DNA of 58,572 nt. Origin: an uncultured Rhodospirillaceae bacterium (lineage in GTDB: Bacteria; Pseudomonadota; Alphaproteobacteria; SP197). The notes under the pieces were generated by a model. It saw only the letters and a list, made by a program, of their open reading frames with translations, searched no databases and was not told the DNA's origin. Each line of letters begins with the position of its first letter. Within the stretch, counting starts at the first letter, position 1. Below, in pieces: positions 18,813 to 30,253 of this stretch. The translations under genes were made by a program, and so were the position numbers. Location of the stretch: assembly GCA_937880925.1 (NCBI GenBank), contig CALGGB010000278.1:1-58572 (forward strand), written 5' to 3'.

Positions 18813-19643
18813 TCAGCGGGTCACCGCGGTTTCGATTTCCTCGTCGCTGACGATGTCCTTGCCGAAGGAAAAGGTGCCGTCCTGCGCGATTTCTGTCGCC
18901 AGCGCGGCAAGCCTACCATAGACGGCGCGGAACAGCTTGGCCCCCGTGCTGATCCGCACCACGCCGAGCCCGGCCAGACGCGCCACGTTCGTTTCGCTCC
19001 ACTGTTCAACCACGACATTGAGCGGTCCGCCGGTTTCACCAACCAGACGGCGCACTGTCTCGTCGTCGGTTGGACCGGGTGCATAGAGGCAATCGGCGCC
19101 GGCCTCCCGGTAGCGCCGCAGGCGGCGGATCGCCTCACCGGTGGGATCGTCGTGGCCGTAGAGAAAACACTCGGCCCTTGCGGTCAGCGTGAAGGGGATG
19201 TCCGAAGCATCGGCCGCGGCCCTTGCGGCTGCGATCCGTTCGGCAGCCAGCCCGGTGTCGTAATAGGGCTGTCGGCGGTCGCCGGTGAAATCCTCGATAC
19301 CCGCACCCGCAAAACCCTCCTCGATCGCCAGCCGGATGCAGTCCGCGACCTCCTCGGGCGTATCGCCGTAGCCGTTCTCGAGATCGCCGTTGACCGGCAG
19401 ATCGACCGCGCGCGCGATCGCGCCGTGGCGCGCCAGCGTGACATCCCGCGGCGCGGCCCCCGGGCCGTCGGGCAGGCCGCAGGCCCAGTTGATGCCCGCG
19501 CTGGTGGTTGCGATCGCGGGAAAGCCGCGCGCGGCAAGCATCCGGGCGCTGGCCACGTCCCAGGCATTGGGCATGACGAAGGTTTTGCCGGCGCGATGCA
19601 GGTCGCGGAAGCGAAGGGCCTTGTCAGCGAGCGGCGTGGTCAT
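18813..19643 (-). CDS. Isocitrate lyase/PEP mutase family protein
   Basis: PNAWDVASA, ATTSAG, DLENGYG, GIEDF, AGADCLYAPG. Confidence 0.9.
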   Translation of the reverse strand: MTTPLADKALRFRDLHRAGKTFVMPNAWDVASARMLAARGFPAIATTSAGINWACGLPDGPGAAPRDVTLARHGAIARAVDLPVNGDLENGYGDTPEEVADCIRLAIEEGFAGAGIEDFTGDRRQPYYDTGLAAERIAAARAAADASDIPFTLTARAECFLYGHDDPTGEAIRRLRRYREAGADCLYAPGPTDDETVRRLVGETGGPLNVVVEQWSETNVARLAGLGVVRISTGAKLFRAVYGRLAALATEIAQDGTFSFGKDIVSDEEIETAVTR

Positions 19644-19751
19644 GGCGGACTCCCTTTCGGGCAGAACATAGCGTGAAGAAGATAGGTGATCGAGGCAGGT
19701 CTCCCGGCCCGTAAAGGACTCCAAGAGCACGGCTTTTGGCGCTTTGCCGCC

Positions 19752-19779
19752 CTTGCACGTCCGGGCGGAGGCCCTATAT
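19752..19779 (+). promoter_or_regulatory. RpoH (sigma32) promoter of dnaK
   Basis: Exact CTTG-N17-CCTATAT match. Confidence 0.75.
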
Positions 19780-19872
19780 CACTCACAGCCTCTATGGACT
19801 TAAACGGGGATCCAGCCGCGGGCGCCGCCAAGCGGGCCCCCTTGGATCCGCCAGCAAGGAGCCGGAAACGTC

Positions 19873-21795
<1,923 letters not shown>

Positions 21796-21818
21796 TTTCG
21801 GTCTATCCTGAACCCAGG

Positions 21819-21862
21819 CGCGGGTTGCGACGGCAAGGCCGACGCAGCCCGCGTCCGGTTTT
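21819..21862 (+). terminator. Hairpin between dnaK and dnaJ (attenuator or stability hairpin)
   Basis: CGCGGGTTGCG...CGCAGCCCGCG followed by TCCGGTTTT. Confidence 0.5.
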
Positions 21863-21885
21863 GACGACGGTGCGGGCGGAGTAGC

Positions 21886-23037
21886 ATGGCCAAGCGGGAT
21901 TATTACGAGGTGCTGGGCGTTGCCCGCGGCGCAGACGGGGCTGAGATCAAGAAGGCCTACCGCAAGCTCGCCATGCAGTATCACCCGGACCGCAATCCGG
22001 GCGACGCGGATGCCGAGGGGCGCTTCAAGGAAGCCAACGAGGCCTACGAGGTCCTCAAGGACGCCGACAAGCGTGCGGCCTACGACCAGTTCGGCCACGC
22101 TGCCTTCGACGGCGGCATGGGCGGGGGGCGCGGCAACCCCGGCGACTTCGCCTCCAGCTTCGCCGATGTCTTCGACGACCTGTTCGGCGATTTCATGGGC
22201 GGCGGCGGACGCCGCCGTGGCGGCGGCGGGCGCGGCAGTTCAGGCCAGCGCGGCGCCGATCTGCGCTACAACATGGAGATCACCCTGGAGGAAGCCTTCC
22301 AGGGCAAGCAGACCAAGATCCGCGTGCCCTCGGCCGTGGCCTGCGACAGCTGCAACGGCAGCGGCGCCGAGGATCCCAGCGCGACCAAGAACTGCGCCAC
22401 CTGCGGCGGCCACGGCAAGGTGCGCGCCCAGCAGGGTTTCTTCTCCATCGAGCGGAGCTGCCCGACCTGCGGCGGCATGGGCCAGGTCATCGCCGATCCC
22501 TGCAAGGTCTGCTCGGGCTCGGGCCGCGTGCAGAAGGACAAGAGCCTCAACGTCACCATCCCCCAGGGTGTCGACGACGGCATGCGCATCCGCCTGACCG
22601 GCGAGGGCGAGGCCGGCCTGCGTGGCGGCGCGGCGGGCGATCTCTATCTCTTCCTGTCGATCAAGCCGCACCAGATCTTCCAGCGCGACGGCACGACGAT
22701 CTTCTGTCCCGTGCCGATTCCCGTGACCACCGCGGCGCTCGGCGGCACCATCGAAGTGCCCACGATCGACGGCAAGCGCGCCAAGGTGGCGGTGCCCGCC
22801 GGCACCCAGAGCGGCCGGCAGTTCCGCCTGCGCGGCAAGGGCATGACCACGGTGCGCGGCGCCGGTCGCGGCGACATGCTGATCGAGACCGTGGTCGAAA
22901 CACCGGTCAACCTGAACGCCCGGCAGAAGGAACTGCTCAAGGAGTTCGAGAAGGCCGGCGGCGAGACCAGCACCAATCCCGAATCGGACGGCTTCTTCAC
23001 CAAGGTGAAGGAACTCTGGCAGGACCTGACGGACTGA
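21886..23037 (+). CDS. dnaJ: Chaperone DnaJ
   Basis: J domain with HPD, G/F-rich region, four CxxCxGxG repeats. Confidence 0.99.
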   Translation: MAKRDYYEVLGVARGADGAEIKKAYRKLAMQYHPDRNPGDADAEGRFKEANEAYEVLKDADKRAAYDQFGHAAFDGGMGGGRGNPGDFASSFADVFDDLFGDFMGGGGRRRGGGGRGSSGQRGADLRYNMEITLEEAFQGKQTKIRVPSAVACDSCNGSGAEDPSATKNCATCGGHGKVRAQQGFFSIERSCPTCGGMGQVIADPCKVCSGSGRVQKDKSLNVTIPQGVDDGMRIRLTGEGEAGLRGGAAGDLYLFLSIKPHQIFQRDGTTIFCPVPIPVTTAALGGTIEVPTIDGKRAKVAVPAGTQSGRQFRLRGKGMTTVRGAGRGDMLIETVVETPVNLNARQKELLKEFEKAGGETSTNPESDGFFTKVKELWQDLTD

Positions 23038-23167
23038 TCGCCGGTCCATCGGCGGCAACCCGGACCGCCGCGATGCGTTCTGAACCTGCGGGCCCTCGCC
23101 GTGATTTCGCCACGGCGCGGGATCATTCTGGCTCCGATCAACGCATCCACCCCCACGGGAGACGTTC

Positions 23168-23992
23168 ATGCGCAATCTGTTCCTGGCCGGCGCCGCAGCC
23201 GTCGCGCTGACCGCCGGCGCCGCAGCCGGTGCATCGGCCGACGAAAACCAGATCATCCTCGATCCCATCATCGCGGCCTGCGCCGACGGCCTGGCCGTTG
23301 CCGACCGCAACCGAGACGGCTGGGTCACGCGCGCGGAAGCCGAGACTGCGTTTCCCGCACAATTCGAACTGCTCGACGGTGACGCCGACGGCAACGTGAC
23401 CGTCAGCGAGTTCATGAACTGCCGTGCCGGCACCGGCATGCATTCGACCAACCGGCGCAGTGCGACGCTGCTTTCAAACGATCCCGTGTATGAAGCCGAC
23501 CGCGACGGCAACCGCATGATCGACAGGGCGGAATGGGATGCCAAGGCGCAGGAACTCTATGCCGGCATGCCGACCATTTCGGGCCAGGCGCGCAACGCCA
23601 GCTTCGACGGGGCGATGTCGGGCTTCGCGCTGCTCTCCGAACAGGCCGACACCAACGGCGACGGGCTGATCGGCACGATCGAGGCCGGTTATGCCATCAC
23701 CCAGGGTTTCATCCTGGCCGATGCCGACGGCGACGGCGTGATCAGCTTTGCCGAATATGCCACCCGCGACATCCCACCCGACGTGACCGACAACGGGCCC
23801 GACCAAGCCGCCCTTTCGGCGCGCCTGGCCGACGTCTGGCGCACCATGGATGCCGATGGCAGCGGCGGCGTCAGCTATGAGGAGTTCCATGCCGCCGGCA
23901 TCAGCCGCTTCGAGCGCACGGCAGCAGCGGCCGCTTCCGACCCCGATGTCGCCGTGCCGGTCAGTGCGCTGGATTCTCTCTCCGGGCAGTAA
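23168..23992 (+). CDS. Secreted multi-EF-hand calcium-binding protein
   Basis: Signal peptide ending AGASA; six DxD/NxD/NG-type loops. Confidence 0.8.
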   Translation: MRNLFLAGAAAVALTAGAAAGASADENQIILDPIIAACADGLAVADRNRDGWVTRAEAETAFPAQFELLDGDADGNVTVSEFMNCRAGTGMHSTNRRSATLLSNDPVYEADRDGNRMIDRAEWDAKAQELYAGMPTISGQARNASFDGAMSGFALLSEQADTNGDGLIGTIEAGYAITQGFILADADGDGVISFAEYATRDIPPDVTDNGPDQAALSARLADVWRTMDADGSGGVSYEEFHAAGISRFERTAAAAASDPDVAVPVSALDSLSGQ

Positions 23993-24036
23993 CCGGCAGG
24001 ATTTCCTTCGGCGCGGTTCTGGACTATGCAGGCGCC

Positions 24037-24840
24037 ATGACGACACGTATCGGCATTGCCGGATGCGGCGGGCGCGTCGGGCGCCTGCTGATCCGCACCA
24101 TCCACGAAACCCCTGACGCCATGGTTGCCGCAGGCAGCGAACGCGCCGGCGGCGCCCTTGTGGGAAGCGACCTGGGCGCGCTTGCAGGCATTGAGAACCT
24201 CGGAATAGCCGCGACGGATTCGGCACAGGCCCTGTTCGAGGCAAGCGACGTGGTGATCGATTTCACCGCGCCTGAGGCCACCCTGGAGAACGCCGCGATT
24301 GCCTGCGCAACCGGCAAGGCCATGGTCATCGGCACCACCGGCATCGATGCGGAAGGGCGGGCGGAGCTCGCAGAAGCCGCCAGGGGAGCGCCCATCGTCT
24401 TTGCCGCCAACATGAGCCTTGGTATCAACCTGCTGCTGGGCATCACGCGCAGGGTTGCGGCCACCCTGGGCGAGGACTTCGACATCGAGGTCGTGGAGAT
24501 GCATCACCGCCACAAGGTCGATGCACCCTCGGGCACGGCGCTGGCGCTGGCGCAGGCCGCCGCCGACGGCCGCGGCGTCGTGCTGGACGAGGTTTCCGAG
24601 CGCGGCCGCGACGGTGTCACTGGCCCGCGCAAGCGCGGCGCCATCGGCATGGCGGCATTGCGCGGCGGCGATGTCGTGGGCGACCATCAGGTGATCTTTG
24701 CCGCACCAGGCGAGCGCATCGAGATCGGCCATCGCGCCAGCGACCGGGCGATCTACGCCCGCGGTGCGGTGGCCGCGGCGCTCTGGCTCAAGGGCCGCGC
24801 GCCGGGTCTCTACGGCATGGACGACGTTCTGGGTCTGTGA
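24037..24840 (+). CDS. dapB: 4-hydroxy-tetrahydrodipicolinate reductase
   Basis: GCGGRVG, IGTTG, EMHHRHKVDAPSGTAL. Confidence 0.97.
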   Translation: MTTRIGIAGCGGRVGRLLIRTIHETPDAMVAAGSERAGGALVGSDLGALAGIENLGIAATDSAQALFEASDVVIDFTAPEATLENAAIACATGKAMVIGTTGIDAEGRAELAEAARGAPIVFAANMSLGINLLLGITRRVAATLGEDFDIEVVEMHHRHKVDAPSGTALALAQAAADGRGVVLDEVSERGRDGVTGPRKRGAIGMAALRGGDVVGDHQVIFAAPGERIEIGHRASDRAIYARGAVAAALWLKGRAPGLYGMDDVLGL

Positions 24841-24863
24841 AGACGCTGCTCCCGCCTGCCCCG

Positions 24864-24888
24864 GGAACCGTGCGGGGGCTGGCGCGTT
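24864..24888 (+). promoter_or_regulatory. EcfG-type promoter
   Basis: Exact GGAAC-N16-CGTT ~30 bp upstream of the small ORF. Confidence 0.7.
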
Positions 24889-24919
24889 GTCACTGGGCCA
24901 TCACCCGGGGAGTCCGTCC

Positions 24920-25060
24920 ATGAACACCGCCATCATCCATCCCGTCATCGCCCTGCTTTGCGGCATCGCGATCCTGATCTGGCCGCGTATCCTGAACTAC
25001 GTTGTCGCGGCCTATTTGATTTTTGTCGGCGTGGTCGGGCTTGTCGCCGTTCTGGCCTGA
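24920..25060 (+). CDS. Small membrane protein, DUF3096-like
   Basis: GGAG SD; MNTAIIHPVIALLCGIAILIWPRILNYVVAAYLI (P-R-x-L-N-Y-x-V-A-x-Y-L motif). Confidence 0.85.
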   Translation: MNTAIIHPVIALLCGIAILIWPRILNYVVAAYLIFVGVVGLVAVLA

Positions 25061-25089
25061 GCAGGCACCGCCCAGGTGTCCTCGGCCAC

Positions 25090-26001
25090 TCAGGCACCGG
25101 CCGAAGACGCGCCTGTCCTGCGGTTGACCAGCAGGGCACCGATCAGGATCAGCCCCATGCCGGCCAGCGTGCTCCAGGCGAATCGCTCACCGAGCACCAG
25201 TGCGCCCAGTGCGACCGCGACCAGGGGCACCAGATAGGCCGCCAGCGACGCGCGCGTCGCGCCCACACGCATCAGCAGCCGGAAAAACATCAGCCCCGGC
25301 AGAGCGCTGCCCACGACACCGAGCACAACCAGTGCGCCCAGCACCTGCCACCCCGGATGCAGGTTCCACGGCGCATCGAAGGTCAGAGACAACGGCGTCA
25401 GCATGACGATCGCAGCGAGCTGGGTGCTTGCAGCCAGCACCACGGGCGGCAGGTGGCCGGCATGACGCGCCAGAATGTTGGCCGCGGCGATGCCGCAAGC
25501 CGCGCCGAAGACCGCCAGTTCGGCCAGCAGTTCGTGATCGGCATTCACCAGAGCCCCCGTGCCGATGACCGCCACGACACCCATGAGGCCGATCACCGCG
25601 CCCATCAGCGAGCGCACCGACATGCGCTCGTCGTGCATGAAAAGATGGGCAAGGACCATGGTGACCACGGGCACCGAACCCAGGATGATCCCGGCAAGAC
25701 CCGAGTCGATGCGCTGCTGGCCCCAGGAGAGCAGGATCATCGGCACCACCTGGGAGGCCGCCCCCAGTGCACCAAGGTGGAGCCAGATTCGTCCCGGACC
25801 CGGCATGCGATAACCACCCAGCCAGAGAACGGCAAGCAGGGTCGCCAGCGCAACACACGAACGCGCCAGAGCCAGGGTGACCGGCGGCACCTCGGGCACG
25901 ATGATCTTGATGAACAGGAAGGAACTGCCAAAGCCGCAGGCCGTGAGGACGACCAGCAGTGCATCACGCGGCCCCATATGTCGGATTCCGGTGGGGTTCA
26001 T
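25090..26001 (-). CDS. DMT/EamA family transporter
   Basis: About 10 TM segments, two EamA repeats (SSFLFIK, GATRASLAAYLVP); start uncertain (25977-26076). Confidence 0.88.
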   Translation of the reverse strand: MNPTGIRHMGPRDALLVVLTACGFGSSFLFIKIIVPEVPPVTLALARSCVALATLLAVLWLGGYRMPGPGRIWLHLGALGAASQVVPMILLSWGQQRIDSGLAGIILGSVPVVTMVLAHLFMHDERMSVRSLMGAVIGLMGVVAVIGTGALVNADHELLAELAVFGAACGIAAANILARHAGHLPPVVLAASTQLAAIVMLTPLSLTFDAPWNLHPGWQVLGALVVLGVVGSALPGLMFFRLLMRVGATRASLAAYLVPLVAVALGALVLGERFAWSTLAGMGLILIGALLVNRRTGASSAGA

Positions 26002-26183
26002 GGCAGCAGGCGGGATTGGCAGGTCCCGCGGCGGCAGGTCGGGCAGGCCTTGATCGCGGCATCGTGGGTCATGCAATCGCCAGCCCGGCCGTGGAAAGGA
26101 TCAGCGTGGCCCGCTTATAACCCAAGGATGCATGTAGCCAAAGAATTACAATCCTCAGGCGACATGGCCCGCGGTGCCCTGGT

Positions 26184-26675
26184 TCAACGGGCGATCAGGG
26201 CAGCGCGCCAGCTCTGCAGTGCTTCACCCATGGCCGCAGCGACCTCGCTGCGCTCCTGGGGCGTCAGGAAGGCCCCGATGGTCAGGCGCCTGCCGTGGGA
26301 CGCGATCGCCAGACGGCTGTCCTCCTCGCCCGGACGCTCCAGATCGATGCGGACCCAGGCCGGCTCGAAACGCCAGACCGTGGCCTGCCCGCGGGCATTG
26401 ACCCTGGTCACAACCAGTGTCTCGTCATCCAGGCGCACGGTTTCGTGGGCCCGGCCGGCGCGGTAGTTGAGCTCAAAGGCGCCCCAGATCAGCAAGACTT
26501 CCACGCCGCAGAAACCTGCCACCGGCCAGGCGCCCAGCGCCCAGAAGGAAAGGCCGATCATGGCAAAGGTCAGGGTCGTGAGCGCCATCAGCAGGCGGAA
26601 GCCCCAGCGGGGCAGCGAGCGATGGGGCATCAGCCGGGCATCGAAGTGGCAGAAGGTCGGTTCCTGATGGGTCAT
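26184..26675 (-). CDS. DUF2244 membrane protein
   Basis: PHRSL, GAWPVAGFCG, IGAFLTPQER; usual divergent neighbour of nth. Confidence 0.85.
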   Translation of the reverse strand: MTHQEPTFCHFDARLMPHRSLPRWGFRLLMALTTLTFAMIGLSFWALGAWPVAGFCGVEVLLIWGAFELNYRAGRAHETVRLDDETLVVTRVNARGQATVWRFEPAWVRIDLERPGEEDSRLAIASHGRRLTIGAFLTPQERSEVAAAMGEALQSWRAALIAR

Positions 26676-26769
26676 GGCGTTTTTCTACTCCCGCACGGCG
26701 CGTCCGTCACCCCTGCGGCCAGCGGCCAAGCTGGTCTAGACTGATCCGGCACATGACACCGGGGCTGCC

Positions 26770-27442
26770 ATGAAACGCGCCGACATCGACCGACAAGGGC
26801 GTCAACGCGGCCACGCCGGGCCTCTTCGCCCTGGCCGATACGCCCCAGGCCATGCTGGAGCTGGGCGAGGAGGGCGTGCGCGAGAAGATCAAGACCATCG
26901 GCCTGTTCAACGCCAAGGCCAAGAACGTCATCGCGCTCTCGCGCATCCTGATCGAGCAGCATGGCGGCGAGGTTCCCGCCAGCCGCGAGGCGCTCCAGAC
27001 CCTGCCGGGCGTGGGCCGCAAGACCGCGTCGGTGGTGATGAACGAGGCCTTCGGCGAGCCGACCATCGCGGTCGACACCCATGTCTTCCGCGTCGCCAAC
27101 CGCACGGGCCTCGCGCCGGGAAAGACGCCCGATGCGGTGGAGAAGAAGCTGGAAGCCATCGTGCCGGAGCGCTGGAAGAAGGGCGCGCACCACTGGCTGA
27201 TCCTGCACGGGCGCTACACCTGCCTGGCGCGCAAGCCACGCTGCTGGAGCTGCGTCATCGCCGACATCTGCCCCTTCAGGCCCAAGACCCCGGACCCGGA
27301 GGAGGAAGCGCGCCTGGCCGCCGAGGCCAAGGCGTCCGGCCGCCGCCTGGCCCCGCCCAAGCCGGCCGGCACAACAAAAGCAGCACCAGCAAGGGCTGCA
27401 TCGAAAAGGGCTGCCGCAAAGAAGCCGGGTCGCAGCCGCTAG
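26770..27442 (+). pseudogene. nth: Endonuclease III with a frameshifting 5' deletion
   Basis: MKRADID (26770-26790) joins out of frame to TDKGVNAAT...; LPGVGRKTA, AVDTH and the 4Fe-4S CxxxxxxCxxCxxxxxC motif are intact, but the ELxxxNPxxLLVAVxLSAQ segment is absent. Confidence 0.8.
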
Positions 27443-28197
27443 ATTCGTTCGAGCCGGGCCGTGATCCAGGCGAGCGCGGCGTCGATGTCGGCCACGTGCT
27501 CACCGGGCGGCAAGGGCGGACGGGCGATCATCACGACGGGCAGGGACAGCGCACGCGCCGCGTCGATCTTGCCCCGGGTCGCCGCACCGCCACTGGCCTT
27601 GGTGACCAGCGCATCGAAACCGTGTTCACGCATCAGGACTTCCTCGGCCGCCGCATCATAGGGGCCGCGCGCCAGCAGCAGCCTTGCCCCGGCAATCGGC
27701 AAAGGTTCTGCCGGCGCCTCGATCATGCGCACCGTGAAGGCGGTATCGCCAAGCCCTCCAAAGGCCGCCAGCTCGCGTGTGCCCAGCGTGAGGAAGACCC
27801 GGCGCGCGCCCAGGCCGGCAAGCACCGCAGCGGCTGCCGAAGCATCCTCGGCCATGATCCAGCGGTCGTCCTCTTGCCGGGGCCACATGGGGCGCACCAG
27901 CTTCAGGCGCGGCACGTCAGCCCTGGCTGCCGCAGCAGCGGCATGGCCCGCCATGGTCGCGGCGAAGGGGTGGGTGGCATCGACCAGCAGATCGACCCGT
28001 TCATCGGTGAGCCAGGCCGCCAACCCTTCGGCGCCACCGAAACCGCCGCTGCGCAAACGTCCAGGCGGTGTCACCGGGCTGCCTGTGACACCCGCCAGCG
28101 AGGTGGTGACGGCAAGGCAGGGACGCTGCTGCGCCAGAAGGCGCGCCAGGGCAAGCGCCTCACCGGTGCCGCCCAGGATCAGCACGTGGCCCTTCAC
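27439..28197 (-). CDS. cobK: Precorrin-6A/cobalt-precorrin-6A reductase
   Basis: LILGGTGEA, SGGFGGAEGL, DATHPFA, VTKASGG. Confidence 0.93.
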   Translation of the reverse strand: MKGHVLILGGTGEALALARLLAQQRPCLAVTTSLAGVTGSPVTPPGRLRSGGFGGAEGLAAWLTDERVDLLVDATHPFAATMAGHAAAAAARADVPRLKLVRPMWPRQEDDRWIMAEDASAAAAVLAGLGARRVFLTLGTRELAAFGGLGDTAFTVRMIEAPAEPLPIAGARLLLARGPYDAAAEEVLMREHGFDALVTKASGGAATRGKIDAARALSLPVVMIARPPLPPGEHVADIDAALAWITARLERI

Positions 28198-29279
28198 GGC
28201 CCGGCACGCCCGACGATGACGCCGGCCCGGTCGATCACCACGACATCAAGCGCCACGCCGCCCGAAAGCACGGCAAGGGCAGCCTCGCGCGCCCGCGCGG
28301 CAACCACATCGGCCAGCGGCACGCCCGCCTGCCGGGCCAGGCCCAGGGCCTCACCCGCACTGGTCGCGCCGGCAACCGCAGCAACCAGATCATCACCGGC
28401 GCCGGCATCGCCCGCCAGCTCCGCCAGGACGCCGTGATCGACCTGGCTGCGCGAGGAATGAAGATCCATCTCGCCCTGGGCGAGCTTGACCAGCTTGCCG
28501 AAACCACCGCCGATCGTGACTCTGGGGATGGGATGGCGGCGCAGGTATTTCAGCATGCCGCCGGCAAAATCGCCCATGTCGAGCATGGCACCGTCATCCA
28601 GGCCGTAGAGCGCCTGCACCGTCTTCTCGGAAGTGCGCCCGGTTGCGCCCGCGACATGGGTCATGCCGGTGGCGCGGGCAACGTCGATGCCACGATGGAT
28701 CGAATGGATCCAGGCCGAGCAGGAATAGGGGATGACGACACCCGTGGTGCCCAGGATCGACAGGCCGCCGACGATGCCCAGGCGCGGGTTCCAGGTTTTC
28801 AGCGCCAGAGCCTCCCCGTCCGTGACGCCGATCGTGATGATGACATCGCCCGCCACGCCGTGACGCGCGGCAAGCTGGGCAATGGAGGAGGCCATCATCT
28901 CGCGCGGGCGCGGATTGATCGCGGGCTCCCCGGCGGCAATCGGCAGGCCCGGCTTGGTCACCATCCCCACACCGGGTCCGGCAGCAAAGACGACGCCGCT
29001 GCCCGGGGCACCCGGGCGCACCGTGGCGACGATCTCGGCGCCGTGGGTGATGTCGGGATCGTCGCCCGCGTCCTTGATCACCGAAGCGGTCGCGGCGCCA
29101 TCGGACAGTTCGGCACGCACCAGGGCAAAGCTCGGCTCCTCGCCCCGCGGCAGGGTGATGGTCACGGGATCGGGAAAGCGGCCCGTGGCAAGCGCCGTGA
29201 ACGCCGCCGCGCTTGCTGCGGTGGCGCAGGCGCCGGTCGTCCAGCCCTTCCGCAGGGGTCCATCGGGTTTGTCGGCCAT
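28194..29279 (-). CDS. cbiD: Cobalt-precorrin-5B C1-methyltransferase
   Basis: GWTTGACATAA, KDAGDDPDITHG, NPRLGIVGGLSILGTTG. Confidence 0.96.
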   Translation of the reverse strand: MADKPDGPLRKGWTTGACATAASAAAFTALATGRFPDPVTITLPRGEEPSFALVRAELSDGAATASVIKDAGDDPDITHGAEIVATVRPGAPGSGVVFAAGPGVGMVTKPGLPIAAGEPAINPRPREMMASSIAQLAARHGVAGDVIITIGVTDGEALALKTWNPRLGIVGGLSILGTTGVVIPYSCSAWIHSIHRGIDVARATGMTHVAGATGRTSEKTVQALYGLDDGAMLDMGDFAGGMLKYLRRHPIPRVTIGGGFGKLVKLAQGEMDLHSSRSQVDHGVLAELAGDAGAGDDLVAAVAGATSAGEALGLARQAGVPLADVVAARAREAALAVLSGGVALDVVVIDRAGVIVGRAGP

Positions 29280-29399
29280 GGCCCAAGTCTAGATCGGAAT
29301 GCAGGGACGCCGCGACAGGAAGCGCCCTGTCTTGGAGGCGACGGGGGATGTCGCCTGGACCCCATGACGAGGGCCCGATTTGGGGGTATAGGCAGGGGC

Positions 29400-30251
29400 A
29401 TGGAGACGAAGACGACCTTGCGCCTGCCCGCTCTCCCGGCCTTCGAGCCGGGCTGGGTCTGGCTCGTGGGCTCGGGCCCGGGCGATCCCGGCCTGCTGAC
29501 GCTGCTGGCCGCCCATGCGCTGTCCAGCGCCGATGTCATCGTCTATGACGCCCTGGTGGATGAGGGCGTGCTGGAGCTGGCCGCACCCGGCGCCGAGCTG
29601 ATCTTTGCCGGCAAGCGCGGCGGCAAGCCTTCGCCCAAGCAGCCCGACATCTCCGCCCGCCTGGTCCGCCTGGCCCATGAGGGCCACCGCGTGCTGCGCC
29701 TGAAGGGCGGCGATCCCTTTGTCTTCGGCCGTGGCGGCGAGGAAGCCCTGACGCTGGCCGCGGCGGGCATCCCCTTCCGCATCGTGCCGGGCATCACCGC
29801 GGGCATCGGCGGCCTTGCCTATGCCGGCATCCCGGCTACCCATCGCGACACCAACCACACGGTCGCCTTTGTCACCGGCCACATGGCAGGCGGCGAGGTG
29901 CCTGACGGGATCGACTGGGCAGCCCTGGCGCGCGGCGCCCAGGCACTGATCATCTACATGGCGCTGAAGCACATCGAGGTCATCACCGGTCACCTGATCG
30001 ACGGTGGACTGGCGCCTTCGACGCCGGTAGCGGTCGTCTCCCGCGCGGCGACGCGCCACCAGCGCGTTCTGGAAACCACGCTTGGCGAGGCCGCGGAGGC
30101 GGTCGCGGCATCGGGCATCGAGGCGCCCGCCATTGTCGCGGTGGGCCATATCGTTTCCCTGCGCGCCGGGCTCGACTGGCTGGGCGCCATGGAAGGCCGC
30201 CTGCTCGATGCCGACCCGCTGGGCCGCAATCCCGCCCGCAACACGGCCTGA
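29400..30251 (+). CDS. cobA: Uroporphyrinogen-III C-methyltransferase
   Basis: LVGSGPGDPGLLT, RLKGGDPFVFGRGGEE. Confidence 0.94.
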   Translation: METKTTLRLPALPAFEPGWVWLVGSGPGDPGLLTLLAAHALSSADVIVYDALVDEGVLELAAPGAELIFAGKRGGKPSPKQPDISARLVRLAHEGHRVLRLKGGDPFVFGRGGEEALTLAAAGIPFRIVPGITAGIGGLAYAGIPATHRDTNHTVAFVTGHMAGGEVPDGIDWAALARGAQALIIYMALKHIEVITGHLIDGGLAPSTPVAVVSRAATRHQRVLETTLGEAAEAVAASGIEAPAIVAVGHIVSLRAGLDWLGAMEGRLLDADPLGRNPARNTA

Positions 30252-30253
30252 GG

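Noticed and set aside
17097-19676. 859-aa + strand ORF spanning the RR, cpxP-like and PEP-mutase genes
   Set aside because: Arg/Pro/Gly-rich, overlaps three better-supported genes and a structured intergenic region.
12915-19872. CIRCE operator upstream of hrcA, grpE or dnaK
   Set aside because: No TTAGCACTC-N9-GAGTGCTAA seen; only RpoH-type promoters are present.
26122-26150. TGTA-N10-TACA upstream of the EamA gene as a NifA-type activator site
   Set aside because: Spacing is TGT-N12-ACA rather than N10, and no sigma54 -24/-12 element is seen nearby.
26770-28437. 555-aa ORF starting at the nth ATG
   Set aside because: Only the first 7 codons are Nth-like; the remainder is the out-of-frame read-through created by the deletion.
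29280-29399. Cobalamin riboswitch between cbiD and cobA
   Set aside because: Spacer is only 120 bp and no B12 box is recognisable.
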